64,000 nucleotides of DNA from Octopus vulgaris (GCA_951406725.2 OX597815.1:72974001-73038000), one strand, 5' to 3'. Shown: positions 1-12,829, counted from the stretch's first letter. Notes: generated by a model from the letters alone, not told the origin. Numbers and translations are program-made.

Positions 1-708
1 AAACGTTTTCCCATGAAGTTCCCTTCTCGGTTGTGGTTGAGCTTTTTCCGTTTTACCAAGCCACTGTTTACGACGTTTAACATTTCGATAGAAGATTCAT
101 TTTTCGTCACCAGTCACAAGTCTATCTATGTGTTCGCGAGAATGGAGAGAAGAGCAGACAATTCATGAGGCACCCACTTCCCAAGTTTAGGAACCTTTCC
201 AAGTTGTTGAAGATGACGATGAACAGTTGTATGGTTTGGACTAAGCTTTATTATCAATTCTTCAACTGATAATGCAGGATTTTCTTCAAGTAATGCCTCA
301 AGGAGTTTATCATCAAACTCTGCTGGATGTCTTGTTCGATCTTCATCTTCAAGGCTGAAATCTCCACTTCTGAATTTTGCAAACCATCTTCCGCAGGTTC
401 TTTCATTCAAGCATTCTTTCCCATAAACTGAGTGTTATGTTTAAAGTCGCTTCGGCAGCAGAGTTTCCTTTTTTTGTACTCATAAAGCATAATGTACCCC
501 AAATGCTCTTTGGATACTTCCATGTTAGAAAGGGTTTTAATCAAAGAAATTTTAATTCTATTATTCTGTAAAATAATAATTAATTAGTTTAAATGTACAC
601 AAATGCATAAAAATAATTTTTTATCCCATTAGACATTCTAAAATACTATTAAATTTCATTCAATTTTTAAAAAGGTAAAATCGGACAGAACTTATGGGAT
701 GATCGCAC
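1..708 (-). mobile_element. Decayed mariner transposon, 5' half (TIR plus N-terminal transposase); runs off the window start
   Basis: Minus strand from ATG at 523: MEVSKEHLGYIMLYEYKK.., RWFAKFRSGDFSLED, GKWVPHELS, then DRLVTGDEK* (first catalytic D motif with a stop). Frameshifts present. TIR-like aaatcggacagaacttatgggatga at ~678-703. Confidence 0.9.
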
Positions 709-726
709 ATTTGTATTTACTATTGA

Positions 727-740
727 ATGTGCATGTATGT

Positions 741-795
<55 letters not shown>

Positions 796-950
796 CGTGC
801 GTGTACGTATGTGTGTGTGTTTATGCGTGTGTATGTGCGTGTACGTGCATGTGTATGTATGCGTGTATGTGTGTATGCGTGTATGTGTGTGTGTGTTTGT
901 GTGTGTGTGTATGTGTGTGCACTTGTGCGTAAGTGTTTATGTGTTTGAGT
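727..950. repeat. (TG)n/(TGTA)n compound microsatellite
   Basis: Directly visible. Confidence 0.95.
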
Positions 951-1899
951 GCTGATGTAGGAAATTGCCTTTTAATCAGATAAACTGGTGTTTAAACAAA
1001 TACAGCACAAACAGACAGACAGACAGACATACAGACGCACCATTCGTCGTCGATGTAACGTCATTGAGTGTTTGTCATCTTCTTTTGCTGTTTCATTCGT
1101 GAAAAATTACTAGAGTGAAAGAGTGTGTGTGTGTATGTGTGTACGAGAGAGAGTGTGTATGTATGTGAGCGAAAGAGTGTGTATATCTGTAAGCGAGAGG
1201 GAGGCAGAGAAGCGAGAGAGAGAGAGAGAGAGAGAGAGAATAAAGCTTATCCGTTCAAGTAGTGTTTGATAGTTTCTAATGACTAAGGACGGTTTGATGT
1301 TGACTAAAGCTTTTGTTGAGGGCAGTAAAATTATCGGCTTTTTCTTTTTGTTTCATACATCTCCTCTCCATCTCTCTTGCTCTTGCTCTCTTTCACCCCC
1401 TCTATCTCTTTCCTTACTTCCTATAATCTCTCTTTCTCCCTGTCTTCAATATTTCGCTTTCTTTTGGTCACTCACGCAATAATCTTTTTTTTATCTGCAC
1501 TCTATCTTTTTATCTCTTACTCTCTTCTTTCTCTTTCTCTTTCTCTTTTCTTTCTTTCTCTCTCTCTCTCTCTATCTCTCTCACACATACACACACATGT
1601 TTACTTCTCACGTATCTCCTTTACATACACACACACACACACGCGCACATACAAACATACACAAGCACACAATTACACATACTCTCCCTCTCTCTCTCTT
1701 TCTGTCTCTCTCTTACTCTTTCTCTCTCTCTCTCTCACTCTTCTCTCTCATTCTACACTACACATCTTTCTATCTCTTTTATTCTCCTACAAACTCTCTC
1801 ATTCCCTTTCCAAAATCCTTCGTTATGGCACCATCACCCCAACACACCGATCTCTTTCCATCTCTTTTAAATTCAGTCTCTTTCTGTTCTCTTTCGTTT

Positions 1900-2126
1900 A
1901 TTCAAAATTCTTCTCTTTCTTTCTTTCTTTCCTTTCTTTCTTCTTTCCTTCTTTCTTCCTTCCTTCTTTTCTTTCTTTCTTTCTTTCTTTCTGTCTTTCT
2001 TTCTTTCCTTCTTTCTTTCTGTTTTTCTTTCTTTCTTACTCTCTTTCTTTCCCTCTTTCTTTCTTTCCTTCTTTTCTTTCTTTCTTTCCCTCTTTCTTTC
2101 TTTCTTCCTTTCTTTCTTTCTTTCCT

Positions 2127-2166
<40 letters not shown>

Positions 2167-2325
2167 ACTCTCTTTCTTTCCTTCTTTCTTTCTTTCTTTC
2201 TTTCTATCTTTCCTTCTTTCTTTCTTTCCTTCTTTCTTTCTTACTTTCTGTTTTTCTTTCTTTCTTTCTTTCTGTTTTTCTTTCTTTCTTCCTTTCTGTT
2301 TTTCTTCCTTTCTTTCTTTCTTTTA
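1900..2325. repeat. (TTTC)n-rich polypyrimidine tract
   Basis: Directly visible; generates the spurious ORFs 1377..2471 and 1597..2337. Confidence 0.95.
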
Positions 2326-2617
2326 GTCCCCGCTTAATCTTGTTTTCTCTCATATTTCTGTCATTTTCCCTTAGTTCCCCCACCTCTTTTCACTATTTTA
2401 ATCACATTTCCCCTCTTATTCAAACTCGCTTTGCTTTAGTTTGCAGCTCACACTTATTCCTTTGTACTTAAATTATTTATTTTATTTTTCGCTCCACCTT
2501 ATTTTTTCCCCCTTATTTTCTTTATGTTTCCAATTTCCTTTTCTTCCATTCGCTTTCTAATTTCCATCTTTCTCCCTCTGGTCCCTTTTCTTTCTTCATT
2601 GTTCCTTTTTATTCTTT

Positions 2618-2810
2618 GGGCGGTGGATTAACAAAATCGTTAGAACGTCGAGGAAAAAAACAAAACAGAAAATCTTTTCAGTATTTGTCCTAGCTCTTTA
2701 CATTCTGAGTTCAAATCATACCAAGATCGATTTAGCTTTTATTGTTACGAGATCGATGAAATATAAAACCAGTCAAATACTGGAGATCAGCTAACCCAAC
2801 ACCACAAAAT
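2618..2810 (+). mobile_element. Degenerate SINE family A copy
   Basis: aatcgttag...ttctgagttcaaat (B box)...gatcgatgaaatataaaaccag, similar to the cleaner copy at ~38960. Confidence 0.6.
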
Positions 2811-2924
2811 TATTATGATATACATTACTTTGTACTCCGTCTCTCTGTCTCTCTGTCTCTCTCTCTCATATACACATGCATACTCATGCACACACACATT
2901 TACACACACACACACACACACACA

Positions 2925-2967
<43 letters not shown>

Positions 2968-4239
2968 TTCTTTCTCCTCATGTGCCATGTCTATAGGTTC
3001 CAGCAATCATAGACTTCCACACCAAAATCTGAAGACTCATGAGTTTTGTCGATAATGGTACAACAGTGGTTTCCCGTTAGCTTCTACCATTATATTCACA
3101 TTTTACTCCATTAGTTCATACTTCCTTGAACTTTCCCATGAGGCACTGGGCGTTTTGAATCCTTAGACAGAGGGAGTGGTTCACGTGACATCATGGTATA
3201 TTCCCACACCGGATGGTCTGTGTGACACATGTCTAAAGGTTCAGCCCTTCTCTTAGTCCTGCATGCCTAACCCACAAGCAATTATGTGCTAACCCTCTTA
3301 GTTATGTGTTTGTGCACACGTACACTGCCTTACAACAAGCATAGAAAAAAGTGTTCGCACAGAAGGTTTCCAAGATGAAAAAATTTGAGCGATGGTCACT
3401 TACATGAATGTGCGTATGCTTTGCAAAATAAGCACAATACAGATTTCTGCCTACACCCACAGCAAATATATATATATTAGAGGGAACATTGGCCACAAAA
3501 CCATCTTCTGCGATTTAACTCATGACGAGGACCCTTGATAAGTACTTCTGCTACTGATCAGATTATATCTGGGAGTAATGATGACTAAGATAAATAACTC
3601 CATACTCCTGAAAACTTTTGAATTTCTTAGCTGTAGTTTCACCACCGGAAGCAGTTCAGTATCTTGTCCAGGACCCACTATATCTGAAAAGCAAAACGAC
3701 GAGACGGTCACGACTGGAACGCTTTGATCACCGGTGCCAACCTGCAACAAAACCGTAGCAAGTAATCCTGCTGTCATGAAATACATTGCTGACAGTCACA
3801 TATCTCACGATAGCAGCCTTGTAAGTTACTGTTAACGAATAACATCACGCGATGGAGTTCTTGTAGGAAATTAAAAAAATATTACTGCACTCAAAGCCAT
3901 GACAGCACTAAGCGTGGGATCCAATGATTAGGTAGGTAAGATAACAAGGTACTCTAAATCAGTGGTTCTCATTTTTTGTACCTAAAAGTCGTCACAATAG
4001 TGTTTTTCCCCTCACCATAATTTACAAAAAGAAACTAGAAAAACCGCAGATTAATTTAATCCACCAGTAGCTAATTTCGTGCAGTGCTTTTAGTATCCAT
4101 ACTTTCGTATCAAACCCCTACCACCACCACCACCACCACCACCTCAGCATATACCTATATTTAGGTATTTACAAAATCTTGTACCGGTATGATAAATTAT
4201 AAGAGAAATTCCTAAAGAAGATGAGGAGTAGCATAATTC

Positions 4240-4449
4240 TAATTGTTGGCACAAGGCCAGCAAATTTAAGAGGAAGGGATCGATCGATCACTTTGAACCC
4301 AGTGCTCAACCGGTACTTATTTCATTGACCTCAAAATGATGAAACGTAAAGTTAACGTCAAAGTGATTTTAACTCAGAGTGTAAAGCCGAAAAAGTGTCG
4401 CTAAGCATTTTGTCCGGCGAGCTAATCATTCTACTAGCTCGCCGCCTTG
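4240..4449 (-). mobile_element. SINE family A copy
   Basis: Reverse complement begins aaggcggcgagctagtagaatgattagc...ctgagttaaaat; core and tail match the other copies. Confidence 0.8.
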
Positions 4450-6205
4450 ATGACTCACATCATGGAACTATTTGGGACCTTGACTTTAATCCATACAAAG
4501 ACTCTTTTTAAAATGTGTTTTAAAAAATATTGTACTTGGTTTTGAATATTAAAAAAACAAATCTTATTTCAAGAACAAAAATCACAGTCCTCTAAAAACC
4601 CAGCGCCAACATATGCTCCCTTCACATTTGCTACGTCTTTGTGGATGCGCATCACACTCATCTTTGCAACAGAGTATTATCACTCAGTCTAAGAACCATT
4701 GTCCTGTGCTGATGATATCAAAATCTAGAGTGATTTACCGGTGTCTAATCCAAATAAGGACTTCTAACTATAGAAAAAAAATACATATCATAGTGTAAGA
4801 GGCAGAGTTTGTTATCCTTATGAAAAGAAAGAGAAAGTGGAAAAGAAAACTTCAATTCTTTCTTATTCTTTCTTGTTTTCTTTTCTTTTATAACTTTACT
4901 GTTGTACTGGAAATATTCACTGTTAAATATACTTAACTTTTGCTGTGAAACAGGCTTACAGGGTTACAGTGCATAAACGTTTCCTGTCAAAAACAAGGGC
5001 TGAGGTAGCTTAGGCTTGGCAATTGTCAGGCAAAGGACCACGGAGATATAGAAATACTGTAGTTAATGAAGGAGCTCACAGTAATACCACTTCAAGAATG
5101 ATGGCCATGTAGTCTTTGCCTGAACATCTGTCAAGGAAATCAGTTAACAAGGCTTCTCTCTCTCTTGGTTGGAATGAGCTACACGACCTGGTCTGCTATC
5201 CAGAATTTTATGTCAACATTAAATCAGAAAAATTTACGAAGTGCAAATACTTTGAGAAGCACCTATTACGTATATGGGTTATACCACGGTTTCCTAACTG
5301 TGAACAAATGTACAACATATATATGTTGAGAAATACATATGCTTCTCCGATTTCTTCATTTCCCATTTCTTTTTAATGGAAAATTATCCTTTTCTTTTAA
5401 TTACAAAATTAAATGGAAAAGTTTCGCAAGTTAACTGTAACATTTTATTGAAAGATGTAAACTCCACTAGAAGAAAGCAAAAGTGTGATTTCGTATAGCT
5501 GAGTAAAGAATATTCAAAAACCTACATAACGATGAACTTAATTTCAACACCAGATCAGAGAAGTTTGCAAAATGCAGACACTTTGAAAAGCACCTGATGC
5601 GCAATTAGGTAGCACCACATTTGCCTGACTAGCTATGCACAAACATACATATGGTGAGAAATACATGTGCTTCCACTTCATTTTATTTCATTTCTTTTTC
5701 ATTGTTTTCTTCCCGTCTTTCCTTTTTCCACTTTCTACTGTTTTTATGTTTGCTACTTCTGTTGGAATCCCGTATTTTTCTATGCTCAGTATTTTTATTT
5801 TTATTTCTTTGCTCATTTTTATTCTTTTAAGATTAACACTGGCTATACTTTAGAAGCAATATCTTTGCCACCGACAAGTTGTGCACTATAACAGATGCGG
5901 ACATATTTTAATGTTTTAAAAATATTTTTCGAAACATGACTGAATAACCGAAGACTTGATCTGATCAAATACTTTTATAACAAAGACTATTAGTAACCAC
6001 AGTGGGCTGTATGTCCTTCATATTAAGGTATTTCTATGTGCTATATATTTGTATGTAGTGCAGTATATTTTTTGACACTCTTTATCAAACGTGATTCGAT
6101 ACGATTGTTTCTACATTTGTACGTCCATATATTTACAGGCATCCATACATATATGCACACACAAAAGCACATACACTCACATACATACATAAAAACATTT
6201 CGTGT

Positions 6206-6267
<62 letters not shown>

Positions 6268-6529
6268 AGCACTCAATATTAAAAGATGGGGATATATAAT
6301 ATATTATATTGGAAGCTGAAAATTTACAAATGTTTACTCACTGTTTCTTCGAACGGTCAAGAATTATGGAACTAAAAATCTTCTTTAAAAGATGTTATAG
6401 AGATGCTTGGATATTATGGCATACTTTGATATGATGGCATTGAAAAAGAAAAAAAGAGTCTGGACTTGGTATTTGATTATGTAACAGTTATTTTAATTAT
6501 TAGTGAAATGTGAGGTTACAGCAATAACG

Positions 6530-6782
6530 ACTTGTGGAGCCGGTAAGTGGAAACTCACTGAGAGACGAGCAGACAGCAGGAGAAATCTTCAGAGACAGAA
6601 CTCTTTTCAAGCAAGTGTTTCGGCCCTTAGGTTCCCAGCACTCTAAAGGGGCCGGACCTGCCCAGGTGATGACTTCTAGGTATCCTCCTACTATTGTTGG
6701 ATTGCCACCTTTGATGGGATGTAACTCGGAACCTTCGAGTGATCTTACTTCTCTGAACTGTGGTGTGAATCACTCAGCCACG
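6530..6782 (-). mobile_element. Old tRNA-headed SINE-like element (unclassified)
   Basis: Minus strand starts cgtggctgagtga (A-box-like) ... gagttacatccc (B-box-like). Confidence 0.4.
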
Positions 6783-7419
6783 AATATCACCGCAAGAACT
6801 TGCGCTGTGGATCTATTTCAAACTGGGTTTCCCTCCTAAAATGTGTATTTATTTCTTATTTTATTAGGTCTATTCCATATTTCCTTTCTCGTATTACACC
6901 TTATTATAATCTTACATTCATGAAATCTGTGTTATCTTTCTCTCACTCTTTCTTTCTCTAACACCACTCTTACTATCTACTTTTTCCTCATTCCCTTTCC
7001 TAACTATCATCTTCCATGTATCAGTACAGTCCCCTTATCAATTTCATATATGCCGTTATCTTCAGTGAGTTTAGTGGGTTTAAAAGGTTTAAAAGAAAGC
7101 TAATCTGCCTGAAATGTCTATATATATATATATATATCGACATTTCAGACAGATTAGCTTTCTTTATGTGTGTGTGTGTGTGTGTGTTAGTGTGTATCTA
7201 TGTATCTGTGTATGTATATATGAGCATACCTTTAGAAACATGTTGCGATATCTCCTGATTCCTGATCCCCTTTCCCTTTTCTGAATCAGAGATCTTCGAT
7301 AACACCACATATTAACTAACAAACACCAATTAAATGATTCAGTGCAGTATTTAACAGATAAGCCCTGTAAACCCTATTAACCTACCTATGACCTATATAA
7401 CAAACATGTCAGTATAATC

Positions 7420-7559
7420 CAATGGTTCTCAATATTTTTGACCCCGCGGTGCACTGGAGTTCAGTTTGTGGTGGGTATCAAAATGTAATACTGGTGTATT
7501 TCACGTGGCGAGTTAATGAAAATCTACTTTCATGTTAAAAGAGCGTAGAAAACTATTGC
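7420..7559. mobile_element. Possible hAT-type MITE remnant
   Basis: caatggttctcaa ... agaaaactattg resemble degenerate CAGTGGTTCTCAA TIRs. Confidence 0.35.
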
Positions 7560-7722
7560 TTTGTAAAATTAAGTGTGTATGTATTAATATATTGAAGAAA
7601 TAGATTTTCAATATTATATGCATGGTATTTGTAATGCACTGTTTGATTCAAACAATCTCGGAAATTGGGAAATGAAATTCTGACAACATATTTATGATGA
7701 AAAGGGGCAATATAAATAACTG

Positions 7723-7771
<49 letters not shown>

Positions 7772-8063
7772 GAATATAAAGAAAGTCAGGTGGAATGAAA
7801 TGAATATATTTATTTAAAGCAGTTGATATCCATAGGATGACGATAGTTTCACACCCTTCTATACCTGCATCATATATTTTTCTGTATGGCTTCCATATGA
7901 TTACATTTGTTTCGTAACCTTTTTCATGTAGTATTATTTTCAGTATGCAAATAATATTACCTGAAAAAGGTTAAGAAACTGTGGTATTGATATGGTAGTC
8001 ATACAGAAAAAAATAAATCAATTTTCATCTCTCACACTTCATGTTTTACGCGCGCACGCCAGT

Positions 8064-8107
<44 letters not shown>

Positions 8108-8324
8108 AGTAAACTGTGATTCAATATTTTACGGATTCAACAGAAAAATTTGTGGCAGTGACTGAGAGAGAGAGAGAGAGGGGAGCGAGAAAGACGAAAG
8201 GAGAGAGAGACAGACAGACAGACAGATAGAGAGAGTGGGAGAAGAGGATTACGCGGATACGCGGATAAAATTGTTTCGCTTCATAAACTCCTATTTTCAC
8301 TTTGGACTAAACTCTCGATTAAAT

Positions 8325-8791
8325 AAGTACCAGTTACGCAGTGGGGTCGATATAATCGACTTAATCCGTTTGTCCTTGTTTGTCCTCTCTGTGTTTAGCC
8401 CATTGTGGGTAGTAGAGAAATAGGTATTTCATCCATCTTTACGTTCTGACTCCAAATTCCGCCGAGGTCGACTTTGCTTTTCATCTTTTCGGGGTCGACA
8501 AAACGAGCACTAGCTGGGTACTGGGTGGATGCAATCGACTATCCCACTCCCCAAAATGTCGGGCCTTGTGCCAAAATTTGAAACCATTAATATAATTATT
8601 AAGGTAGTGAGCTGGCAAAATCGTTAGCGTGCCGGACAAATTGCTTAGCGGCATTTTGCCCGTCTTTACATTCTGGGTTCAAATTCTGCCGAGTTCGACT
8701 TTGCTTTTCATCTTTTGTGGTCGATAAAAAGTAGCAATTGAGTACTAGGGTCGACTTACCCTCACACCGAAATTGCTGGCTTTGTGCCCAA

Positions 8792-8861
<70 letters not shown>

Positions 8862-9212
8862 CGCCGAGGTCAACTTTACCTTTCATCCTATCGGGATCGA
8901 TAAATTAAGTACCAGTGAAACATTGGGGTCGATGTAATCGACTAGTCCCCTCCCACAAAATTTCAGGCTTTGTGCTTATAGTAGAATGGATTATTATAAT
9001 TAAGGCGGTGAGCCGGCAGAATCGTTAGCACGCGGAGTGAAATGCTTAGCGCCATTTCGACTTTACGTTCTGAGGTCAAATTACGCCGTGATCGACTTCG
9101 CCTTTCATTGTTTTGGAGTCAATAAAAATAAGTACCAGTTGAGTACTAGGGTCAATGTAACTGAGTAGTCTCCTACCCCAAAATTTCAGGCTTTGTACCT
9201 TTAGTAGAAAGG

Positions 9213-9215
<3 letters not shown>
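8325..9215 (+). mobile_element. Head-to-tail array of SINE family A copies separated by (TTA)n
   Basis: Repeated aaggcggtgagctggcagaatcgttagc head, gagttcaaattccgccgaggtcgactttgcctttcatcc core and ...gaaaggattattatt tail. Confidence 0.9.
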
Positions 9216-9251
<36 letters not shown>

Positions 9252-9804
9252 GAGTGAGAGAGCAGTGCATGCCATCAAAGTGACACTGGGGTAAAATATA
9301 CGAAGCCCAATATACCCATCATTACTACCCGTCTGATAAGGGTACACCAGGCACATGCATTACAACCATATGTGCGCGACAGGGTGATCTCATATCAAGA
9401 TAAACAGCACATGACCTTGCAGGTGGGGCCCAGTTAGAATTTTCTTCAGGTTGAGTAGCCCATCCCGCTCAAAAGGTCCCTGAATAAGGGTTGTTTAAGG
9501 ATGTTGAAAGAACCACCCATGTTTCCAAAGGTGAATTATTCAAACCCCAAAGAATCCCTCTCAACACATGGCTATGATGCTCCCCCACTACTTCTGCTCG
9601 TGATCAGAGATGCACATATCGTCAGCCACTAAGGGACATGCTCAACTGGTTACGGTTAAACAACTGACAAGCAAATCTGTGGTATTGAGTAGAATATTTG
9701 CTGTAGCCCATCTTTTATACCAAGACAAAACAATGTACATGATAACACTTCCAATCAGTTAAGATCAGAAGCCATGAGAGCCACTGCCTGGTACTGCGTC
9801 AGGG

Positions 9805-9806
<2 letters not shown>
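9252..9806. mobile_element. Non-coding ~555-bp interspersed element embedded in (TTA)n
   Basis: Flanked by (TTA)n on both sides; closely similar but shorter copy at 53919-54315. Confidence 0.85.
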
Positions 9807-9838
<32 letters not shown>

Positions 9839-9854
9839 GTTATTGCATCGAAAT

Positions 9855-10065
9855 AAAGCGGTGAGATGGTCAGAGGATCGAGAAATAAAGGGCAAAAAAA
9901 GATATCGTTCCTCATTACATTTTGAGTTCAAATTCCACCGAGGTCGACTTTGCTTTCCATCCTTTCGGGGTTGTTAAATTAAGTACCAGTTGAAGCCTGG
10001 GACCGATGCAATCGACTTATTCCTTCCCCCAGAATTGCTGGCCTTGTACCAAAATTTGAAACCGT
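9855..10065 (+). mobile_element. SINE family A copy
   Basis: gagttcaaattccaccgaggtcgactttgc core and ccaaaatttgaaacc tail. Confidence 0.8.
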
Positions 10066-10169
10066 TCTTTATAGAAGTAAACGATGTACATGTACCGAAC
10101 CAAGGCGGATCTATCAATACTCTATGAAAAGTCTACCTGTCAGAATGGTTAGTCTGTAGGCATCGCTGC

Positions 10170-10629
10170 CCTATAATGAGAAAGTTGAGTCAGTGTGTGT
10201 ATGTGTGTGTGCGCGTGTGTGTGTGTGTATGAGACAGAGAGAGAGAGAGAGACGGCTAGGAGAGACAGAGAGAGAAAGAGAGAGATAGACAGACAGACAG
10301 AGGCTGACAGATATTGTGAAAATGAGCAAGAAAAAAATGAGAATGTCGATGGCGGCGGAGTTGGCGTCCAACACCTGCACCTGTTTGCTTCTCCCCCTTC
10401 TTCCCTCCCTCGTGAAGCTGTGGGGAAGGGAGTGTAAGGAAATCAACGCCGTAAAGCGTTGTCAAGGAGACCAGCGTTCTTTTAGAACAACGACTTCATG
10501 GCTTGAAGACACCAAAACAGAAATGGCTAAGAAAGCCCGAATTGGCATCTATAAGGGAAGTAACTCTCTAAAAATGCTTATATAGTTATTTCCCTTACAA
10601 ACCCGAACAACGCCGGGCGATACTGCTAG
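10170..10629 (+). mobile_element. Non-autonomous Helitron-like element with internal (TG)n/(GA)n
   Basis: 3' end acccgaacaacgccgggcgatactgCTAG|t: short GC hairpin followed by CTAG, typical of Helitron termini. 5' boundary uncertain. Confidence 0.65.
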
Positions 10630-11977
10630 TCCAAATATAAAACAACGAGCATTTTCGACACCTGCATCTCTTCGTTTTCAATAACTGTTCCAAAGCTTCC
10701 AAAACTGCTCGAGACATTTGAGTTGTGTAATAAGAAAGCATTATTTCTGAAAGTGCTGCACAGAAATGATTTTCATTCTTCAAGGAAGGGAAATTCGACC
10801 TCACAGACTCTCCGCGTTCCAGCCGAGCTATTCAGGTAAATGCGGATCGAGTGAACAAGCTCATCCACGAGGATACGCGCGAGTCCCCTTGGGAATTGGC
10901 CCAATAGACAGGACACTCTCACGATACCATCACTTGTCATCTTCACTAGCTGGATAAGGTCTCAAAATTCGATCTATGAGTGTCACACGTTCTGAACAAA
11001 AGAGACAATCTCTAGTGCTTCTCTGTCACCGCCAGTTTTCTCGCTCGACACACAGCTACTCGTGGACACAAACACAAATTTCTTTACTACATTGTCATCG
11101 GCGATGAAAAATAGTGTCTTAACGTCGGTATGAAACAGAAAAAAATGGCTGAGCGTCAACAAGCAACTCACATCTTGAGCCAAACAAGAGCTGCATCTAC
11201 GCAAGACAATTATTTATGCTTAATGGGATTGGAAAGAGCTAATGCATTAGGAAATGCTTGAAAACAGCTACATCGTCAATATAGAGTTTAACGTTCAATA
11301 AATGCACAGGATGAGCGAGGCAACCCAATGACACACCTTGACTGTGTGGAGGCACATGGCCTTGTGATTAGAGCAGCGGACTCGCGGTCGAGGGATCGCC
11401 GGTTCGAATCTCAAACCGGGTGATGCGTGTGTTTATGAGCAAACCACCTAAGCTCCACGTGGCTCCGGCAGAAGGTAATGGCGAACTTCTGCTGACTCGT
11501 TCGCCACAACTTTCTCTCACTCTTTCCTCCTGCATCTTGCAGCTCACCTGCGACGGACCGGCGTCCCGTCCAGGTGTGGAACCTATACGCCAAGGAAACC
11601 GGGAAACCGGCCCTTATGAGCCACGCATGGCTCGAGAAGTTACAAACAACAAAACACCCTGACTGTCGACAAGGCGTACTCTTCCAACACGAAAACGCTC
11701 ACTCCTGTGCCGCTAATTTGACCAAAAATGCTATTCAAGAGCTCTGTTGGGAAGTTCTATCGCACCGATCGTTTTCTCCTGATGCAGAGCCTTCAGATTA
11801 TCACCTCTTACGGTCGTTCTCCAACAGTCTGTGAGTTGTTTCATTCAACAACTACGTGGAGCTAAAAACGTGACTCACTGAATTCTTCGAGTCAAAACTC
11901 AGTGATTTCTCCGTCAACGCACTGACAAGCTAGTGGAATGTTGGCAAAAGGTCGTGAACAACGAAGGAGAATATATT
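10630..11977 (+). mobile_element. Decayed mariner transposase pseudogene interrupted by a SINE
   Basis: NEHFRHL..KASKTARDI..FKEGKFDLTDSPRS, IVIGDEK*, LFQHENA, WEVLSHRSFSPDAEPSDYHL (YSPDLAPSD-like), WQKVVNNEGEYI; many stops. Confidence 0.9.
11344..11653 (+). mobile_element. SINE family B (tRNA-derived head) inserted in the mariner
   Basis: tgtggaggcacatggcc..ggttcgaatctc head; TSD acacc(t/c)tgactgt at 11333-11345 and 11654-11666. Confidence 0.9.
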
Positions 11978-11979
11978 CT

Positions 11980-12328
11980 TTTCTACTCTAGGTACAAGGC
12001 CCGAAATTTTGGGGGAGGGGTCAGTGTATTAGATCGACCCCGGTATGCAACTTGTACTTAATTCATCAACTCCGAAAGGCAAAGTCGACATCGGCGGAAT
12101 TTGAACTCAGAATGTAAAGACAGACGAAATACCTATTTCTTTACTATCCACAAGGGACTAAACACGGAGAAGACAAACAAGGACAGACAAACGGATTAAG
12201 TCGATTTTATCGACCCCCAGTGCGTAACTGGTACTTAATTTATCGACCCCGAAAGGATGAAAGGCATAGTCGACCACGGCGGAATTTTGAACTCAGAACG
12301 TGCTGATGTTTCTGCCAGCTCGCCGCCT
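11980..12328 (-). mobile_element. SINE family A, variant with internally duplicated B box/core
   Basis: Two copies of ggcggaattt(t)gaactcagaa within one element. Confidence 0.85.
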
Positions 12329-12669
12329 TTTAACGAAAGAGAATATATTATCGACTGATTCGTTAAAATTTAAATTGTTGATGAAAAAAAAAAAGGAATT
12401 AAAATTAACAGGAAAAAAGAACAACAACAACAACAACAAAAGAAAGCGAAATGAATTTATCTGGCAATCCAATATTCTCTTTTTCTTTTTTTGTTGCCGT
12501 TCAGTCATCAAGAACAGAAGTGGTTGGATTGTCACTTAAGGCGTTCGCTCGGCATCCATATAAATGACAATTTTCCTTTAATCTAGGGAGCTTCATATTT
12601 TTGTTTATATGCATAAACTCACTTTCACATTTGCGGTAAAGTTTCTCAGTTTACGTATACACATAGCAC

Positions 12670-12703
<34 letters not shown>

Positions 12704-12829
12704 CATATTATATATAAATGAGTGTGTATACATGTATAATTTATATTTTATATACATTTTTCTTCTACCAATTCTAGTTCTCGGATAGAGCTTTACGTAT
12801 TTTCTCCGTATCTCGATATTTGAGGATTT

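Noticed and set aside
1377-2471. 364-aa and 246-aa ORFs
   Set aside because: Translations of CT/TTTC repeats that lack stops by composition; no domain signal.
3520-3786. 88-aa minus-strand ORF with hydrophobic N-terminus
   Set aside because: No recognisable motif or splice context; length is within chance expectation.
8325-9215. CRISPR-like repeat/spacer array
   Set aside because: Repeats are ~200-bp SINEs with irregular spacing in eukaryotic DNA; no cas genes.
10316-10585. 89-aa ORF
   Set aside because: Lies inside the non-autonomous Helitron-like repeat; no protein similarity recognised.
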